A stretch of DNA of 64,000 nt. Source: Clostridia bacterium. GTDB taxonomy: Bacteria; Bacillota; Clostridia; RUG12999. The stretch spans positions 915 through 64,914 of the forward strand of contig JAZQYO010000026.1 of the NCBI GenBank assembly GCA_045633565.1, given 5' to 3'. Position numbers and translations under genes: made by a program. This document shows, piece after piece, positions 53,763 to 63,403 of the stretch (the first letter of the stretch is position 1; each line of letters opens with the position of its first letter). The notes under the pieces are model-generated. The model was given only the letters and a program-made list of their open reading frames with translations, had not been told where the DNA came from and made no database searches.

Positions 53763-54299
53763 ATGAGTAAAAAAGTTCTGGTTTTATCTGGCAGTCCCCG
53801 CATAAATGGTAACTCAGATATTCTATGCGACGAATTTATGAGAGGGGCTATTGAAAATGGCAATGCTGTTGAAAAAATTCGTATTGCTGAAAAAAATATT
53901 GGCTTTTGCAGAGCCTGTTATGCTTGTAAAGATGCCGGCGTCTGTTTAGTCAAAGATGATATGGCAGAAGTTCTGCAGAAGATGATTGATGCTGATATCA
54001 TTGTTCTTGCAAGCCCCATATATTTTTATTCGGTTAATGCTCAGCTCAAGGCATTGATGGACAGAACATTTGCCCGTGGGTTGGAAATAAAAAACAAAGA
54101 GTTTTATTACATAGTAACCGCCGGTGACTCAAGAACCGAATTTTCCTCAACAGCACTTGCATGTTTCCGTGGTTATGCCGACTGTTTTGAAGGCTCCCTG
54201 GAAATGGGCATCATCCGCGGCATGGGCGTGTCCGAAAAAGGTGACGTCAAAAATACCGAGGCAATGACAGAAGCCTATGAAATGGGTAAAAAAGTATAA
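53763..54299 (+). CDS. NADPH-dependent FMN reductase / flavodoxin-like iron-sulfur flavoprotein
   Basis: MSKKVLVLSGSPRINGNS...SPIYFYSVNAQLKALMDR is the flavodoxin-like NADPH-dependent FMN reductase family fold; RBS GGAAGAGGA. Track start 53709 is an upstream extension. Confidence 0.7.
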   Translation: MSKKVLVLSGSPRINGNSDILCDEFMRGAIENGNAVEKIRIAEKNIGFCRACYACKDAGVCLVKDDMAEVLQKMIDADIIVLASPIYFYSVNAQLKALMDRTFARGLEIKNKEFYYIVTAGDSRTEFSSTALACFRGYADCFEGSLEMGIIRGMGVSEKGDVKNTEAMTEAYEMGKKV

Positions 54300-54311
54300 C
54301 CATCACAAAAA

Positions 54312-54610
54312 GCACTTGCAACGGCGGTTGGTCTTAGGGAGAAATCGGTTTCCAGACCATATTTTTAGTTTATACTTCATCAAAAAGCACCGTAATACGC
54401 CAGTATTACGGTGCTTTTAATCTTTGTCTAATTCTAAAAATCTGATTTTGTAAACTGACATTGCATCATAAAAAACATTATTTTGTGTACAGAGTTAGGA
54501 AAAACCTTGCAGAAATCCTGGTGGATTTTAAAAGGTTTTGACAACACTATGTGCCAAAATTATGCTTTTTGGACGATTAATCCCTAACACCAACCGCCGA
54601 ACGCAAGTGC
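54312..54610 (+). repeat. Copy 2 of the about 277-bp TIR element (core 54322-54599) inside a bidirectional terminator hairpin (GCACTTGC ... GCAAGTGC, A5 / T6 flanks)
   Basis: Same 11-bp TIRs as copy 1. The internal hairpin GCACCGTAATAC gcca GTATTACGGTGC shows compensatory substitutions relative to copy 1. TTGACA-17-TATGCT promoter-like motif near the 3' end. Confidence 0.6.
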
Positions 54611-54622
54611 TTTTTTCTGTAG

Positions 54623-55327
54623 TTACACATTTTCAAATGTTCCGGCGACACAGATTTCTTTTTCTTTTGTCTGCATATGCACATAAAATCCGCCGGGAAT
54701 TTCTTTTGTGCACACCTGGAGCTCATCTCCGAGGTATGCCTGTTTTTTATAGAGCAATTTAACATCGGTAAACTGAAAATCAAAGGGCAGTGCATCCATT
54801 AAAAGCTCTGCGCCTTTCTGATTATTAAGATGCCCGTTTGTGTCAATTTCCTTATTTGCTATTTTCACTGTATACTCAGGCACTTCAATTTCAAACAGGG
54901 GCGCTTTTTTATATTCAAAGAATTCATCTTCAAACTGGAAAAATTCATAAGCGTCAAACATCTCAGCAGGAATTCTACCGATTTTATTTTTCCCGGTATC
55001 AAACAAGAACCAGTTTGCAATTGATTTTGCAACAACTTCTCCATTTTGGCGGATAAAACATCCTCTTGCGGAGGTTGTTCCCTTAAGACTTTTAACCGCA
55101 GTTGCAACTTCGACCGGTTCCCCCGTCTTAACCGGTTTTTCAAACCGGGCATTTATCCCCTGCATCAGCCACGCCAAATTCATATTTTTCAGCGTCAGCA
55201 TATCATATCCGCACCGTGCAGAATCTTTGGTCGAAACATCTTGAATCATATCAAGCACCGAGCTTACCTTAATATTCTCAAAATCTTTATAATCACCGTA
55301 TCTCGTTTCATATTTAAAAGTAAACAT
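54623..55327 (-). CDS. Acyl-ACP thioesterase
   Basis: 234 aa, two hot-dog halves; family-typical NGHLNN motif. Confidence 0.75.
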   Translation of the reverse strand: MFTFKYETRYGDYKDFENIKVSSVLDMIQDVSTKDSARCGYDMLTLKNMNLAWLMQGINARFEKPVKTGEPVEVATAVKSLKGTTSARGCFIRQNGEVVAKSIANWFLFDTGKNKIGRIPAEMFDAYEFFQFEDEFFEYKKAPLFEIEVPEYTVKIANKEIDTNGHLNNQKGAELLMDALPFDFQFTDVKLLYKKQAYLGDELQVCTKEIPGGFYVHMQTKEKEICVAGTFENV

Positions 55328-55351
55328 ATTTCCTCTCTCTATTTTATTAAA

Positions 55352-56401
55352 TTACTTTAACTTTCTTCTCATTCTGTTAAGATGTCTTTCAAAATTTCCG
55401 CTTGAAATAAACTCAGCAAGGATATGCTGGTCAAGCACAGGAACAGAACATGAAAATTCTCCCAGCTTCTTTTCATAAACCGGAATAAGTGCTGTAGGCA
55501 GAATCATATACCCCATTCTCATGGACGGAGAAAGACTTTTTGAAAAAGTATTTATATATATGACAGACTCTCCTCTGTCCATCGAATACAGCGACTCTAT
55601 GGGCTGACCGGGAATGAAAAATTCGCTGTTAAAATCATCTTCCACTATATAACGGTCTTTTTTTGCCCATTTTAAGTATTCATACCGTTTTAGTGCAGAA
55701 GTTGTTACGCCCGTCGGATAACTTTTAAAAGGTGTTACATGCAGAACATTAATCACACCTCCATAAAGCTCGTTTTTGTCAATTCCGTCACTGCCCATTT
55801 TAAGCTTTTTTATCTTTGCTCCCTCGGCGGTGTAAACCGCTTCAATCTGCTCATAAGACGGATTTTCTATCCCGTACACTTTATCTCTGCCCAGTATTTT
55901 TACCACAGTTTCGTAAAGCTGCTCGGAACCCGAGCCGATAATAATCCTTTCCGGCGCTGCAACCATTCCGCGGTATCTTAACAGATAGTCCGCAATGGCA
56001 TTACGCAGCACTTCGCACCCCTTGTTGGGTGATTTTATAAACAACCGTTCTCCCTTTTCCGATATAACCTTACGGATTGTTTTAAACCACACCGAATATT
56101 CAAAATCATGCGGCTGGATTGCAGCCGTGTTTTCTTCAAGATAGGAAAATGCAGGCTCAATGTTTTTTTCTGCCGTCGGAAAAATATTAATTTCGCAGAC
56201 AAAATATCCGCTTCGCTGACGGGAAATTATATATCCCTCATCAATCAGCATGTTGTAGGCTTTTTCAACCGTTACAACGCTGCATCCCGTGCGGTCTGCC
56301 TCAGTCCGTTTTGATGGCAGCTTTTCGCCTGCTTTATATTCGCCGCTGATTATTTTATTTTTTATGGTCCTGTATATTCCCAAATACTTTTTATCTTTCA
56401 T
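55352..56401 (-). CDS. MocR/GntR-family regulator (HTH fused to aminotransferase-like domain), short 349-aa form
   Basis: N-terminal GntR HTH YRTIKNKIISGEYKAGEKLPSKRTEADRTGCSVVTVEKAYNMLIDEGYI; fold-type-I aminotransferase-like remainder; divergent from pdxK. Confidence 0.7.
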   Translation of the reverse strand: MKDKKYLGIYRTIKNKIISGEYKAGEKLPSKRTEADRTGCSVVTVEKAYNMLIDEGYIISRQRSGYFVCEINIFPTAEKNIEPAFSYLEENTAAIQPHDFEYSVWFKTIRKVISEKGERLFIKSPNKGCEVLRNAIADYLLRYRGMVAAPERIIIGSGSEQLYETVVKILGRDKVYGIENPSYEQIEAVYTAEGAKIKKLKMGSDGIDKNELYGGVINVLHVTPFKSYPTGVTTSALKRYEYLKWAKKDRYIVEDDFNSEFFIPGQPIESLYSMDRGESVIYINTFSKSLSPSMRMGYMILPTALIPVYEKKLGEFSCSVPVLDQHILAEFISSGNFERHLNRMRRKLK

Positions 56402-56494
56402 CTGGTTATATAAAAAACTCCTTTTTTGGATATTTAACTATTATCAGTTTTATATTATAATACAAAAAAATAAGCTTGTAAAGGAGTTTTTGTT

Positions 56495-57325
56495 ATGAAT
56501 TATAAAAGAATACTCACCATTCAGGATATTTCATGTGTCGGTCAGTGTTCACTGACTGTTGCACTTCCCATTCTTTCCGCCTGCGGAATTGAAACTGCGG
56601 TCCTTCCGTCGGCTGTTTTGTCGACACATACTGCGGGTTTTTCAGGCTACACCTTCCGCGACCTTACGGACGATATGCCTGAGATTGCAGCGCACTGGCA
56701 GAAGGAAAATATTAAGTTTGATGCCGTTTACACAGGCTATCTTGGCAGCGCAAAACAGATAGATTATGTTGCCGATATTTTTGCCACCTGCGGCAATAAT
56801 GTCTGCATCAAGATTGTTGACCCTGCAATGGCAGACGGCGGCAAGCTTTATCCCGGTTTTGATGAAAAGTTTGTTGATGCCATGAAAACTCTGTGCGCAA
56901 AAGCAGATTTTGTTCTTCCCAATATAACAGAAGCGTGCTTTTTAACCGGAATGGAATACAAAACCGAATATGACCGTGCATACATAGACACTCTCATAGA
57001 AAAACTTATTAATATCGGATGCAAGAACATAGTTTTAACGGGCGTTTCATATCAGGCAGGTAAAACAGGTATAGTTGTTTACGAAAACGATACCTATTCA
57101 TATTACGAGCATGAACTTCTGCCCAACAGTTGCCATGGTACGGGAGATATTTACGCTTCTGCCTTTGCAGGCGCTCTGACACGTGGCAAAAGCGCTTATG
57201 ACGCTGCAAAAATCGCAGGTGACTATGCCGTTTTATGTATTAAGGCAACCGCCGGTGATGATTCTCACTGGTATGGCGCAAAATTTGAGCCTGTGCTCGG
57301 AGAACTTATAAAATCACTTGCATAA
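56495..57325 (+). CDS. pdxK: Pyridoxal/pyridoxine/pyridoxamine kinase
   Basis: ribokinase-like PfkB fold with the PdxK/PdxY N-terminus (ILTIQDISCVGQCSLTVALPILSACG) and the C-terminal GTGDxxA anion-hole motif. Confidence 0.85.
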   Translation: MNYKRILTIQDISCVGQCSLTVALPILSACGIETAVLPSAVLSTHTAGFSGYTFRDLTDDMPEIAAHWQKENIKFDAVYTGYLGSAKQIDYVADIFATCGNNVCIKIVDPAMADGGKLYPGFDEKFVDAMKTLCAKADFVLPNITEACFLTGMEYKTEYDRAYIDTLIEKLINIGCKNIVLTGVSYQAGKTGIVVYENDTYSYYEHELLPNSCHGTGDIYASAFAGALTRGKSAYDAAKIAGDYAVLCIKATAGDDSHWYGAKFEPVLGELIKSLA

Positions 57326-57341
57326 AAAGGAGTGTAACCAA

Positions 57342-57851
57342 ATGTCACAATCAACCAGAACTACATATCGTCTTTGCTTAGCGGCTGTTTTTATGGCACT
57401 CAACATTGCTATGAGTTCATTTGGAATCCCCGTTCCGGGAGGTCATTTGTACCTGAATGACGTCATAATCTGTACTGCTGCAATCATTCTCGACCCCTTT
57501 TCCGCTTTCGCAGTAGGAGGTATAGGTGCCTTTTTGGGCGATTTACTCTTTTATCCTTTGCCTATGTTTGTATCCCTTGTAACACACGGTCTGCAGGCAG
57601 TTGTTATTTCCGTTTTTTCTCATCACGTGCTGAAAAAACATCCTGTTATTTCTTCAGGAATCGGAGTAACCTTGGGTGCAATTATAATGATTGTCGGATA
57701 TTCGTTGGGCAGAGCATTTATCTACAGCACACCTGAGTATGCAATTCTGAAACTTCCTTACCAGGTCCTTCAGGCTGTTGTAGGTGCAGTTGCAGGAATG
57801 CTCATTTGCTGGAAACTCCGTCTTGTAGCATATCTGAATAAAAACAAATAA
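57342..57851 (+). CDS. ECF-transporter substrate-capture (S) component, putatively for a vitamin B6-related substrate
   Basis: 170-aa, 5-6 TM protein; ATG 57342 with AAAGGAGTG RBS; genomic context with pdxK and a MocR regulator. Confidence 0.6.
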   Translation: MSQSTRTTYRLCLAAVFMALNIAMSSFGIPVPGGHLYLNDVIICTAAIILDPFSAFAVGGIGAFLGDLLFYPLPMFVSLVTHGLQAVVISVFSHHVLKKHPVISSGIGVTLGAIIMIVGYSLGRAFIYSTPEYAILKLPYQVLQAVVGAVAGMLICWKLRLVAYLNKNK

Positions 57852-57971
57852 TTAAACTTGATTAATTCTGCTAATTTTCAATTGTCCCCCACCTGTATTT
57901 TTTAATAAAAAAGGTTGTAAATGTAGAATTTTTGTGATATACTGTATATAATTTTCTTAGAGGTGAAAGTA

Positions 57972-58901
57972 ATGGTATATAACAATATTCTCGAAGCATT
58001 GGGAAACACACCCATGATAAAGCTCATACATATCCCCGACGCCGACTGTGCAGACATTTTAGTCAAGTTTGAAGGTCTAAATGTGGGCGGCTCAATTAAA
58101 ACACGTACCGCTTACAATATGATTTGCGCAGCAGAAAAAGCGGGTATAATAAATAAAGATACCATTATCGTTGAACCCACAAGCGGCAATCAGGGCATTG
58201 GTCTTGCGCTTGTAGGTGCGGTAAAGGGTTATAAAACAAAAATCATCATGCCCGACTCGGTTAGTGAAGAACGTCGAAAACTTGTACGCCACTATGGTGC
58301 AGAGGTTATTTTGGTTCACGATGCGGAAAACATTGGTTTATGTATTGAAGAATGTTTAAATCTTGCTCTCAAAATGCAGGCTGAGGATAAAAATGTGTTT
58401 GTCCCCCAGCAGTTTGAAAATCCTGCAAATCCGCAGATTCAGCGTGAGCAAACAGCTGTTGAGATTTTAAATCAGGTAAACGGTCCCATTCACGGGTTCT
58501 GCTCAGGAATAGGTACGGGCGGCACCATAACCGGTATTGGTGAGGTTTTAAAGGAAGCAAATCCTGACATTGAAATTTGGGCAGTTGAGCCGGAGGACGC
58601 TGCAATACTGTCGGGCGGGTCAATCGGAACGCATCTGCAGATGGGCATTGGCGACGGTATTATCCCTAAAATTTTAAATCAGGATATTATTGACGATATC
58701 TGCATTATAAACGACCGGGAAGCTATACAGACCTCTAAAGACCTTGCTTCAAGAGAAGGTATTATGTGTGGAATTTCAAGTGGCACAAACGTTGCCGCTG
58801 CAATAAAACTTGCTAAAAAGCTGGGCAGGGGTAAAACGGTTGTAACCGTCCTTCCCGATACTGCCGAAAGATACTTCTCCACACCACTTTTTGACGAATA
58901 A
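57972..58901 (+). CDS. cysK: Cysteine synthase A (O-acetylserine sulfhydrylase)
   Basis: PLP-lysine motif SIKTRTAYNMI, TSGNQGIGLA, GIGTGGTITG. ATG 57972 with GAGGTG RBS; the track start is an upstream GTG. Confidence 0.9.
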   Translation: MVYNNILEALGNTPMIKLIHIPDADCADILVKFEGLNVGGSIKTRTAYNMICAAEKAGIINKDTIIVEPTSGNQGIGLALVGAVKGYKTKIIMPDSVSEERRKLVRHYGAEVILVHDAENIGLCIEECLNLALKMQAEDKNVFVPQQFENPANPQIQREQTAVEILNQVNGPIHGFCSGIGTGGTITGIGEVLKEANPDIEIWAVEPEDAAILSGGSIGTHLQMGIGDGIIPKILNQDIIDDICIINDREAIQTSKDLASREGIMCGISSGTNVAAAIKLAKKLGRGKTVVTVLPDTAERYFSTPLFDE

Positions 58902-58930
58902 TACAGAATAAGACGGGTAACTTACCCGTC

Positions 58931-60031
58931 TTATTTTATTATCATCATACATGCGGTAAGAATAATTACAAAGCCGAAGTTGAACACTGAAAACCATGCG
59001 ATATACCTAAGTCCGCCCCCGGGATTATGTTTAACATATTCCCTGAAGGTTATAAGACTTGCAAGAGATGCAATAAGCGTCCCTGCACCGCCGATGTTTA
59101 CACCCAAAAGCAAATCCCTGTAGTTTTCAGTAAACTGGGACAGCAGTATTGCCGAGGGTACATTGCTTATAACCTGACAGGACAGGATGGAGAAAATCAG
59201 CGTGCTTTTATCAAGCAGGAAGGAGAAAAACTCTCTTACCACTCCAATCCTTGCCATGTTTCCTGAAAATATAAAGAAAAAAACAAAGGTTAAAAGCAGT
59301 GGATAGTCCACCGATTTAAGTGCTTTTCGGTCAAACAGCACAAGCGCAAACGGAATCACTATCAGCCCTGCTATATAAGAAATTCCTCGGAATACAATGG
59401 CAATTGAAAGTGCAAAAAGCAGCAGATAAACAGCCGTTCTCCACGGACTTAAAGCTATTTTTTCGTCTGAAATTTCAAGCGGTTCTGGTTTTACAAAAAG
59501 GCAACACACCGTTATAATTACAATGGAAATTATAAAAGGCGGTGCCATAATGGACATAAATTCGCCTGCCGGAATTTCAAATTTTGTGTAAAGATAAAGA
59601 TTTTGCGGATTGCCGAAAGGTGTCAGCATTCCGCCAAGATTTGCGGCAATATTCTGCATAATACAGGTGAACGCCATGTACCTTTGTTTACCACTCGTGG
59701 TCAGCACAAAATAGCCCAGAGGAAGAAATGTGAGTAGCGCCATGTCGTTGGCAATAAGCATAGAGCCAATAAAAGTTATGTAAACAAGAGCGAGTATCGC
59801 CATCCGTGCATTTTTGAAAAGGCGGACAATTTTCCGTGCAAGCATGTAGAAAAAATTAATATTTTTCAGTGCGCACACCACCGCCAGCACGCAAAAAAGG
59901 CAGGTGAGCGTCTTAAAATCAAAGTAGCTCACGTACCCTCCATCGGGCGGGATTATAAATGCCGTTATGATTGCAGCAAACATTGCCACTATCATAACAA
60001 CATTTTTCTTGACAAAATTTTTTATAATCAT
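58931..60031 (-). CDS. ArsB/NhaD-superfamily anion permease, 366 aa
   Basis: Ten or more TM helices with the family-typical internal duplication. Confidence 0.65.
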   Translation of the reverse strand: MIIKNFVKKNVVMIVAMFAAIITAFIIPPDGGYVSYFDFKTLTCLFCVLAVVCALKNINFFYMLARKIVRLFKNARMAILALVYITFIGSMLIANDMALLTFLPLGYFVLTTSGKQRYMAFTCIMQNIAANLGGMLTPFGNPQNLYLYTKFEIPAGEFMSIMAPPFIISIVIITVCCLFVKPEPLEISDEKIALSPWRTAVYLLLFALSIAIVFRGISYIAGLIVIPFALVLFDRKALKSVDYPLLLTFVFFFIFSGNMARIGVVREFFSFLLDKSTLIFSILSCQVISNVPSAILLSQFTENYRDLLLGVNIGGAGTLIASLASLITFREYVKHNPGGGLRYIAWFSVFNFGFVIILTACMMIIK

Positions 60032-60044
60032 AGCTTTTTGAACT

Positions 60045-60962
60045 TTATCCTTCTTTTTTATAATTCAGCATTATTATACCGGTGGACACAAGAACAAGTG
60101 TGATTATCAGATTAAGCGGAGCAACTGTGCTTTCTTCTGCAAGCATAAGGTTTGACAGAATTACACCGAACACGGGAGTCATAAAGGTATAGATTGTAAC
60201 TTTAGATACCGCATTGAATTTAAGGAGTACGCCCCAAAGCGAGTATGCAACCGCAGATAAAAAAGCAAGGTAAACAATCACGCCTACTGCAGCCATACTG
60301 TCGAATTTAACCATTCCGCCGGACAGTGCACCCACAAGAATCATTACAAGTCCGCCCATAAAGAACTGGTAGCCGCTTATGATAACCGGGTCCTCAAATT
60401 TTGAGTAGCGTTTTGACAAAACCGAGGATGTTGCCGATGCAATCGCAGAGAAGATTACAAATGCGTCACCGGTGAAATTCATATTAAAATCAAGACCATT
60501 TAAGTTAACAAGTACAATCCCCGCAAATCCGATTATGCAGGCGAAAATCTTTTTGAACGTAACCTTTTCAAGTCTGAATAAAAAACCTGCAATTAAAACT
60601 GCAAAAAAAGCAGTCGACCCACTTGCAATTGTGCCTTTAACGCCCGTTGTGTTGGAAAGTCCTATATAGAAAAATATGTATTGGATAACCGTCTGAAAAG
60701 CAGCTACATTTGCCACTTTAAGAAGGTTTTCTTTTTTCGGCAGCAAAAATTCTCTTCTTGCTATGCTGTAGATTATAACCGTTAAAATGCCGGCAAGGGT
60801 AAATCTTATCCCCGCAAAAAGGATAGTGGACGAAACTGTCTTTTCAGGCAGTATAAGTTGGTAGCCTATCTTTATAAAAGGTGTTGCACTTCCCCACAGC
60901 GCACAGCACAAAAGTGCAATTATCGCAACAATTATCCGGTTTTTAAATATTTTGCTTTTCAT
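60045..60962 (-). CDS. EamA/DMT-family transporter
   Basis: Ten TM helices in two EamA halves. The proper start is ATG 60962 (MKSKIFKNR...) with GGAGAGGAAAA RBS; the track extension to 61037 has no RBS and overlaps the upstream gene. Confidence 0.75.
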   Translation of the reverse strand: MKSKIFKNRIIVAIIALLCCALWGSATPFIKIGYQLILPEKTVSSTILFAGIRFTLAGILTVIIYSIARREFLLPKKENLLKVANVAAFQTVIQYIFFYIGLSNTTGVKGTIASGSTAFFAVLIAGFLFRLEKVTFKKIFACIIGFAGIVLVNLNGLDFNMNFTGDAFVIFSAIASATSSVLSKRYSKFEDPVIISGYQFFMGGLVMILVGALSGGMVKFDSMAAVGVIVYLAFLSAVAYSLWGVLLKFNAVSKVTIYTFMTPVFGVILSNLMLAEESTVAPLNLIITLVLVSTGIIMLNYKKEG

Positions 60963-61902
60963 TTTTCCTCTCCGTAATTTTACTTTCTGTGTATTTTTTC
61001 GGAACAACAAAGTTAACTGCCGACGGCACAATTTCAAACTCAGTTCTTCCGGCTGTTATAATCTCTCCGTCAATGCAGATTTTCATTTCACCGTCAAGCG
61101 GAGTTAAAACCACTTTTTTGCATTTGGTATTATGAATCACCTTTTCAATCCCCGCCAGATTTATATGCGTGCCTTTCATATAATGGGGCAAAAGTGATAA
61201 AAATTTCAGCCTTGAAACGTTATAAACAACATTTATATTAATCAGTCCGTCATATATTGAAGCAAGAGGATTGCTCAAAATCCCTCCACCGCAGTATGAG
61301 CCGTTAGCTATAGAGGCGAGCAGCAGTCTGCCACTATAGAACTCTTCATCGTCAATCTCAATTTTTAAATTTGCACCTTTTTTCTTTATAAGGTTTGCAA
61401 AAATAGAAAGAAGATATGCAAACGGGCCCGAAATAAACGGCTTTTTCTTCATATTTGCTGTAAGGTCAGCGACATTGCAGTCAAACCCGATGTTGAACAT
61501 ATTAATGCAGTATCCCGACACTTCTTTACCGCCCAAAACAGTTTTGTATTTTATTGCATCACATTTTATCGTGCCTCCGGAAAGCTGACTTTTTATGTCG
61601 GCAAAATCCCCCGCCATTTTAAAATTACGGCAAAAATCATTCCCTGTACCTTTTGGCAACACGCCAATTTGGGCTTCTGTGCAGTCTGCCAAACCGTTTA
61701 ACACTTCGCTCAGCGTACCGTCACCACCACAGGCAATAAACCTTGCCGGTCCGTTTTTTTGGCAGTATTCTTTCACAAACCATGTGGCGTCGCCTTCGCA
61801 TTTTGTTATGTATATTTCCGCCGACTTTGCGGCATCAGAAATAAGTTTTTCCGTCTCTTTTCCTGTGCCCGCCCTGGGGTTTATAACAAAAACTGTTTTC
61901 AT
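60943..61902 (-). CDS. Diacylglycerol/lipid kinase catalytic-domain protein (YegS/DagK family)
   Basis: MKTVFVINPRAGTGKE...ACGGDGTLSEVLNGL DAGK_cat motifs. Start ATG 61902 with GGAGGTG RBS; the track start 61953 is an upstream extension. Confidence 0.8.
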   Translation of the reverse strand: MKTVFVINPRAGTGKETEKLISDAAKSAEIYITKCEGDATWFVKEYCQKNGPARFIACGGDGTLSEVLNGLADCTEAQIGVLPKGTGNDFCRNFKMAGDFADIKSQLSGGTIKCDAIKYKTVLGGKEVSGYCINMFNIGFDCNVADLTANMKKKPFISGPFAYLLSIFANLIKKKGANLKIEIDDEEFYSGRLLLASIANGSYCGGGILSNPLASIYDGLININVVYNVSRLKFLSLLPHYMKGTHINLAGIEKVIHNTKCKKVVLTPLDGEMKICIDGEIITAGRTEFEIVPSAVNFVVPKKYTESKITERKNEKQNI

Positions 61903-61976
61903 GTGCGGCACCTCCAAAAAACAAATCCTTTTACATTTTATCACAAAATCCATCAGGTTTCAAGGGCATTAGCGGT

Positions 61977-62777
61977 TTACTGTTTCCTACAGACCTCCGT
62001 CAGCATAAATGCATGATTCATCGGACCTGAACCCTTGCCTAAATTGAGCATTGCCGAAAGGGCGCCCGTAATATAATCCTTTGCTCTCTTTACCGATTCT
62101 ATAAGGTCAAATCCATTGGCAAGGTTTGATGCAATAGCACTCGAAAGGGTGCATCCTGTTCCGTGGGTGTTTGGATTATCTATTCGTTTGCTTTTAAACC
62201 AATAATAGTCTCCGTTTTCATATAATAGGTCATTGGCATCATTGATGTTGTGACCACCCTTTAACAGAACGACACATCCGTATGCATCGCTTAATTTTTC
62301 TGCCACAGTCAACATATCATCTTTGCTTTTAATTGAAAGCCCTGATAAAACTTCTGCTTCAGGAATATTCGGCGTAACAATAGTTGATATGGGTAAAAGT
62401 TCATTTGTTAAAGCCTTTACTGCATCTGCTTTCATAAGCCTCGACCCGCTTGTAGCTACCATAACAGGGTCTACAACTATATTTTTCGCCTCATAATGTT
62501 TTAGTCTGTCAGCTATTACACTTATCAGCTCACTTGAAGGTACCATTCCGATTTTCACCGCATCAGGAAAAATGTCCTCAAATACGGCGTCAAGCTGCTC
62601 GCCTAAAAATTCTGGTGTCACTTTGGAAATAGCTCTTACGCCGGTAGTGTTCTGTGCCGTAAGTGCGGTTATGGCACTCATAGCGTACACCCCATTCATG
62701 GTCATTGTTTTAATATCTGCCTGAATACCTGCGCCGCCGGAGCAATCACTACCTGCGATTGTTAATGCTGTTTTCAT
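61977..62777 (-). CDS. thiD: Hydroxymethylpyrimidine/phosphomethylpyrimidine kinase
   Basis: LTIAGSDCSGGAGIQADIKT N-terminus and C-terminal GTGCTLSSAIA anion-hole motif. Confidence 0.85.
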   Translation of the reverse strand: MKTALTIAGSDCSGGAGIQADIKTMTMNGVYAMSAITALTAQNTTGVRAISKVTPEFLGEQLDAVFEDIFPDAVKIGMVPSSELISVIADRLKHYEAKNIVVDPVMVATSGSRLMKADAVKALTNELLPISTIVTPNIPEAEVLSGLSIKSKDDMLTVAEKLSDAYGCVVLLKGGHNINDANDLLYENGDYYWFKSKRIDNPNTHGTGCTLSSAIASNLANGFDLIESVKRAKDYITGALSAMLNLGKGSGPMNHAFMLTEVCRKQ

Positions 62778-63403
62778 AATATTCCTTTCACCGCCTCTTT
62801 AATCTCCCGTGCCGCATTTTGGGGGCTATCCGCCTTCATTATGGCTGAAACCACACATATTCCAGCTGTACCAATGCCTTTTAACACATCTATATTATCC
62901 TTATTTAATCCACCGATAGCGTTGACCGGAATGGGTACGGCACGGCAGATTTTTTCAAGGGTTTGTGTTGAAGTAAGAACCGTTTTCACCTTTGTGGTGG
63001 TGGGGTAAATTGCCCCCACCCCCAGGTAATCTGCACCTTGACGGCAAGCACGGATTGCCTGCGGAACGGTTTTTGCGGTTGCTCCTATTATCATATCTTT
63101 ACCGCAGATTTTCCTTGCAATATCAATTGGCATATCACTTTGACCCAGATGAACTCCCTCAGCCCCGATTGCCATTGCAACGTCAATTCTGTCATCAATA
63201 ATCAGCGGAACATTATATTTCCTTGCCAATGTATGAACTTTTTCAGCCAGATCAATATATTCCCTTATGGTTTTATCCTTTTCACGAAGCTGCAAAAGGG
63301 TAACTCCGCCTTTCAGCGCCTCTTCAATTCTGCACAAAAACTCCTTTTCGTCAAAAACTGTGCTGTCGGTAATAAAATATAATTCCGGGTTAAATTTCTT
63401 CAA
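62774..63403 (-). CDS. thiE: Thiamine-phosphate synthase
   Basis: 209 aa with the TIM-barrel ThiE fold (LYFITDS..., GADYLGVGAIYPTTTK). Confidence 0.9.
   Translation of the reverse strand: MKKFNPELYFITDSTVFDEKEFLCRIEEALKGGVTLLQLREKDKTIREYIDLAEKVHTLARKYNVPLIIDDRIDVAMAIGAEGVHLGQSDMPIDIARKICGKDMIIGATAKTVPQAIRACRQGADYLGVGAIYPTTTKVKTVLTSTQTLEKICRAVPIPVNAIGGLNKDNIDVLKGIGTAGICVVSAIMKADSPQNAAREIKEAVKGIL

Noticed and set aside
54830-55360. Several ORF-track ORFs on the + strand (54830-55024, 54838-55056, 55046-55360) and minus 54865-55152
   Set aside because: They lie antisense to, or out of frame within, the acyl-ACP thioesterase gene and have no RBS; spurious.
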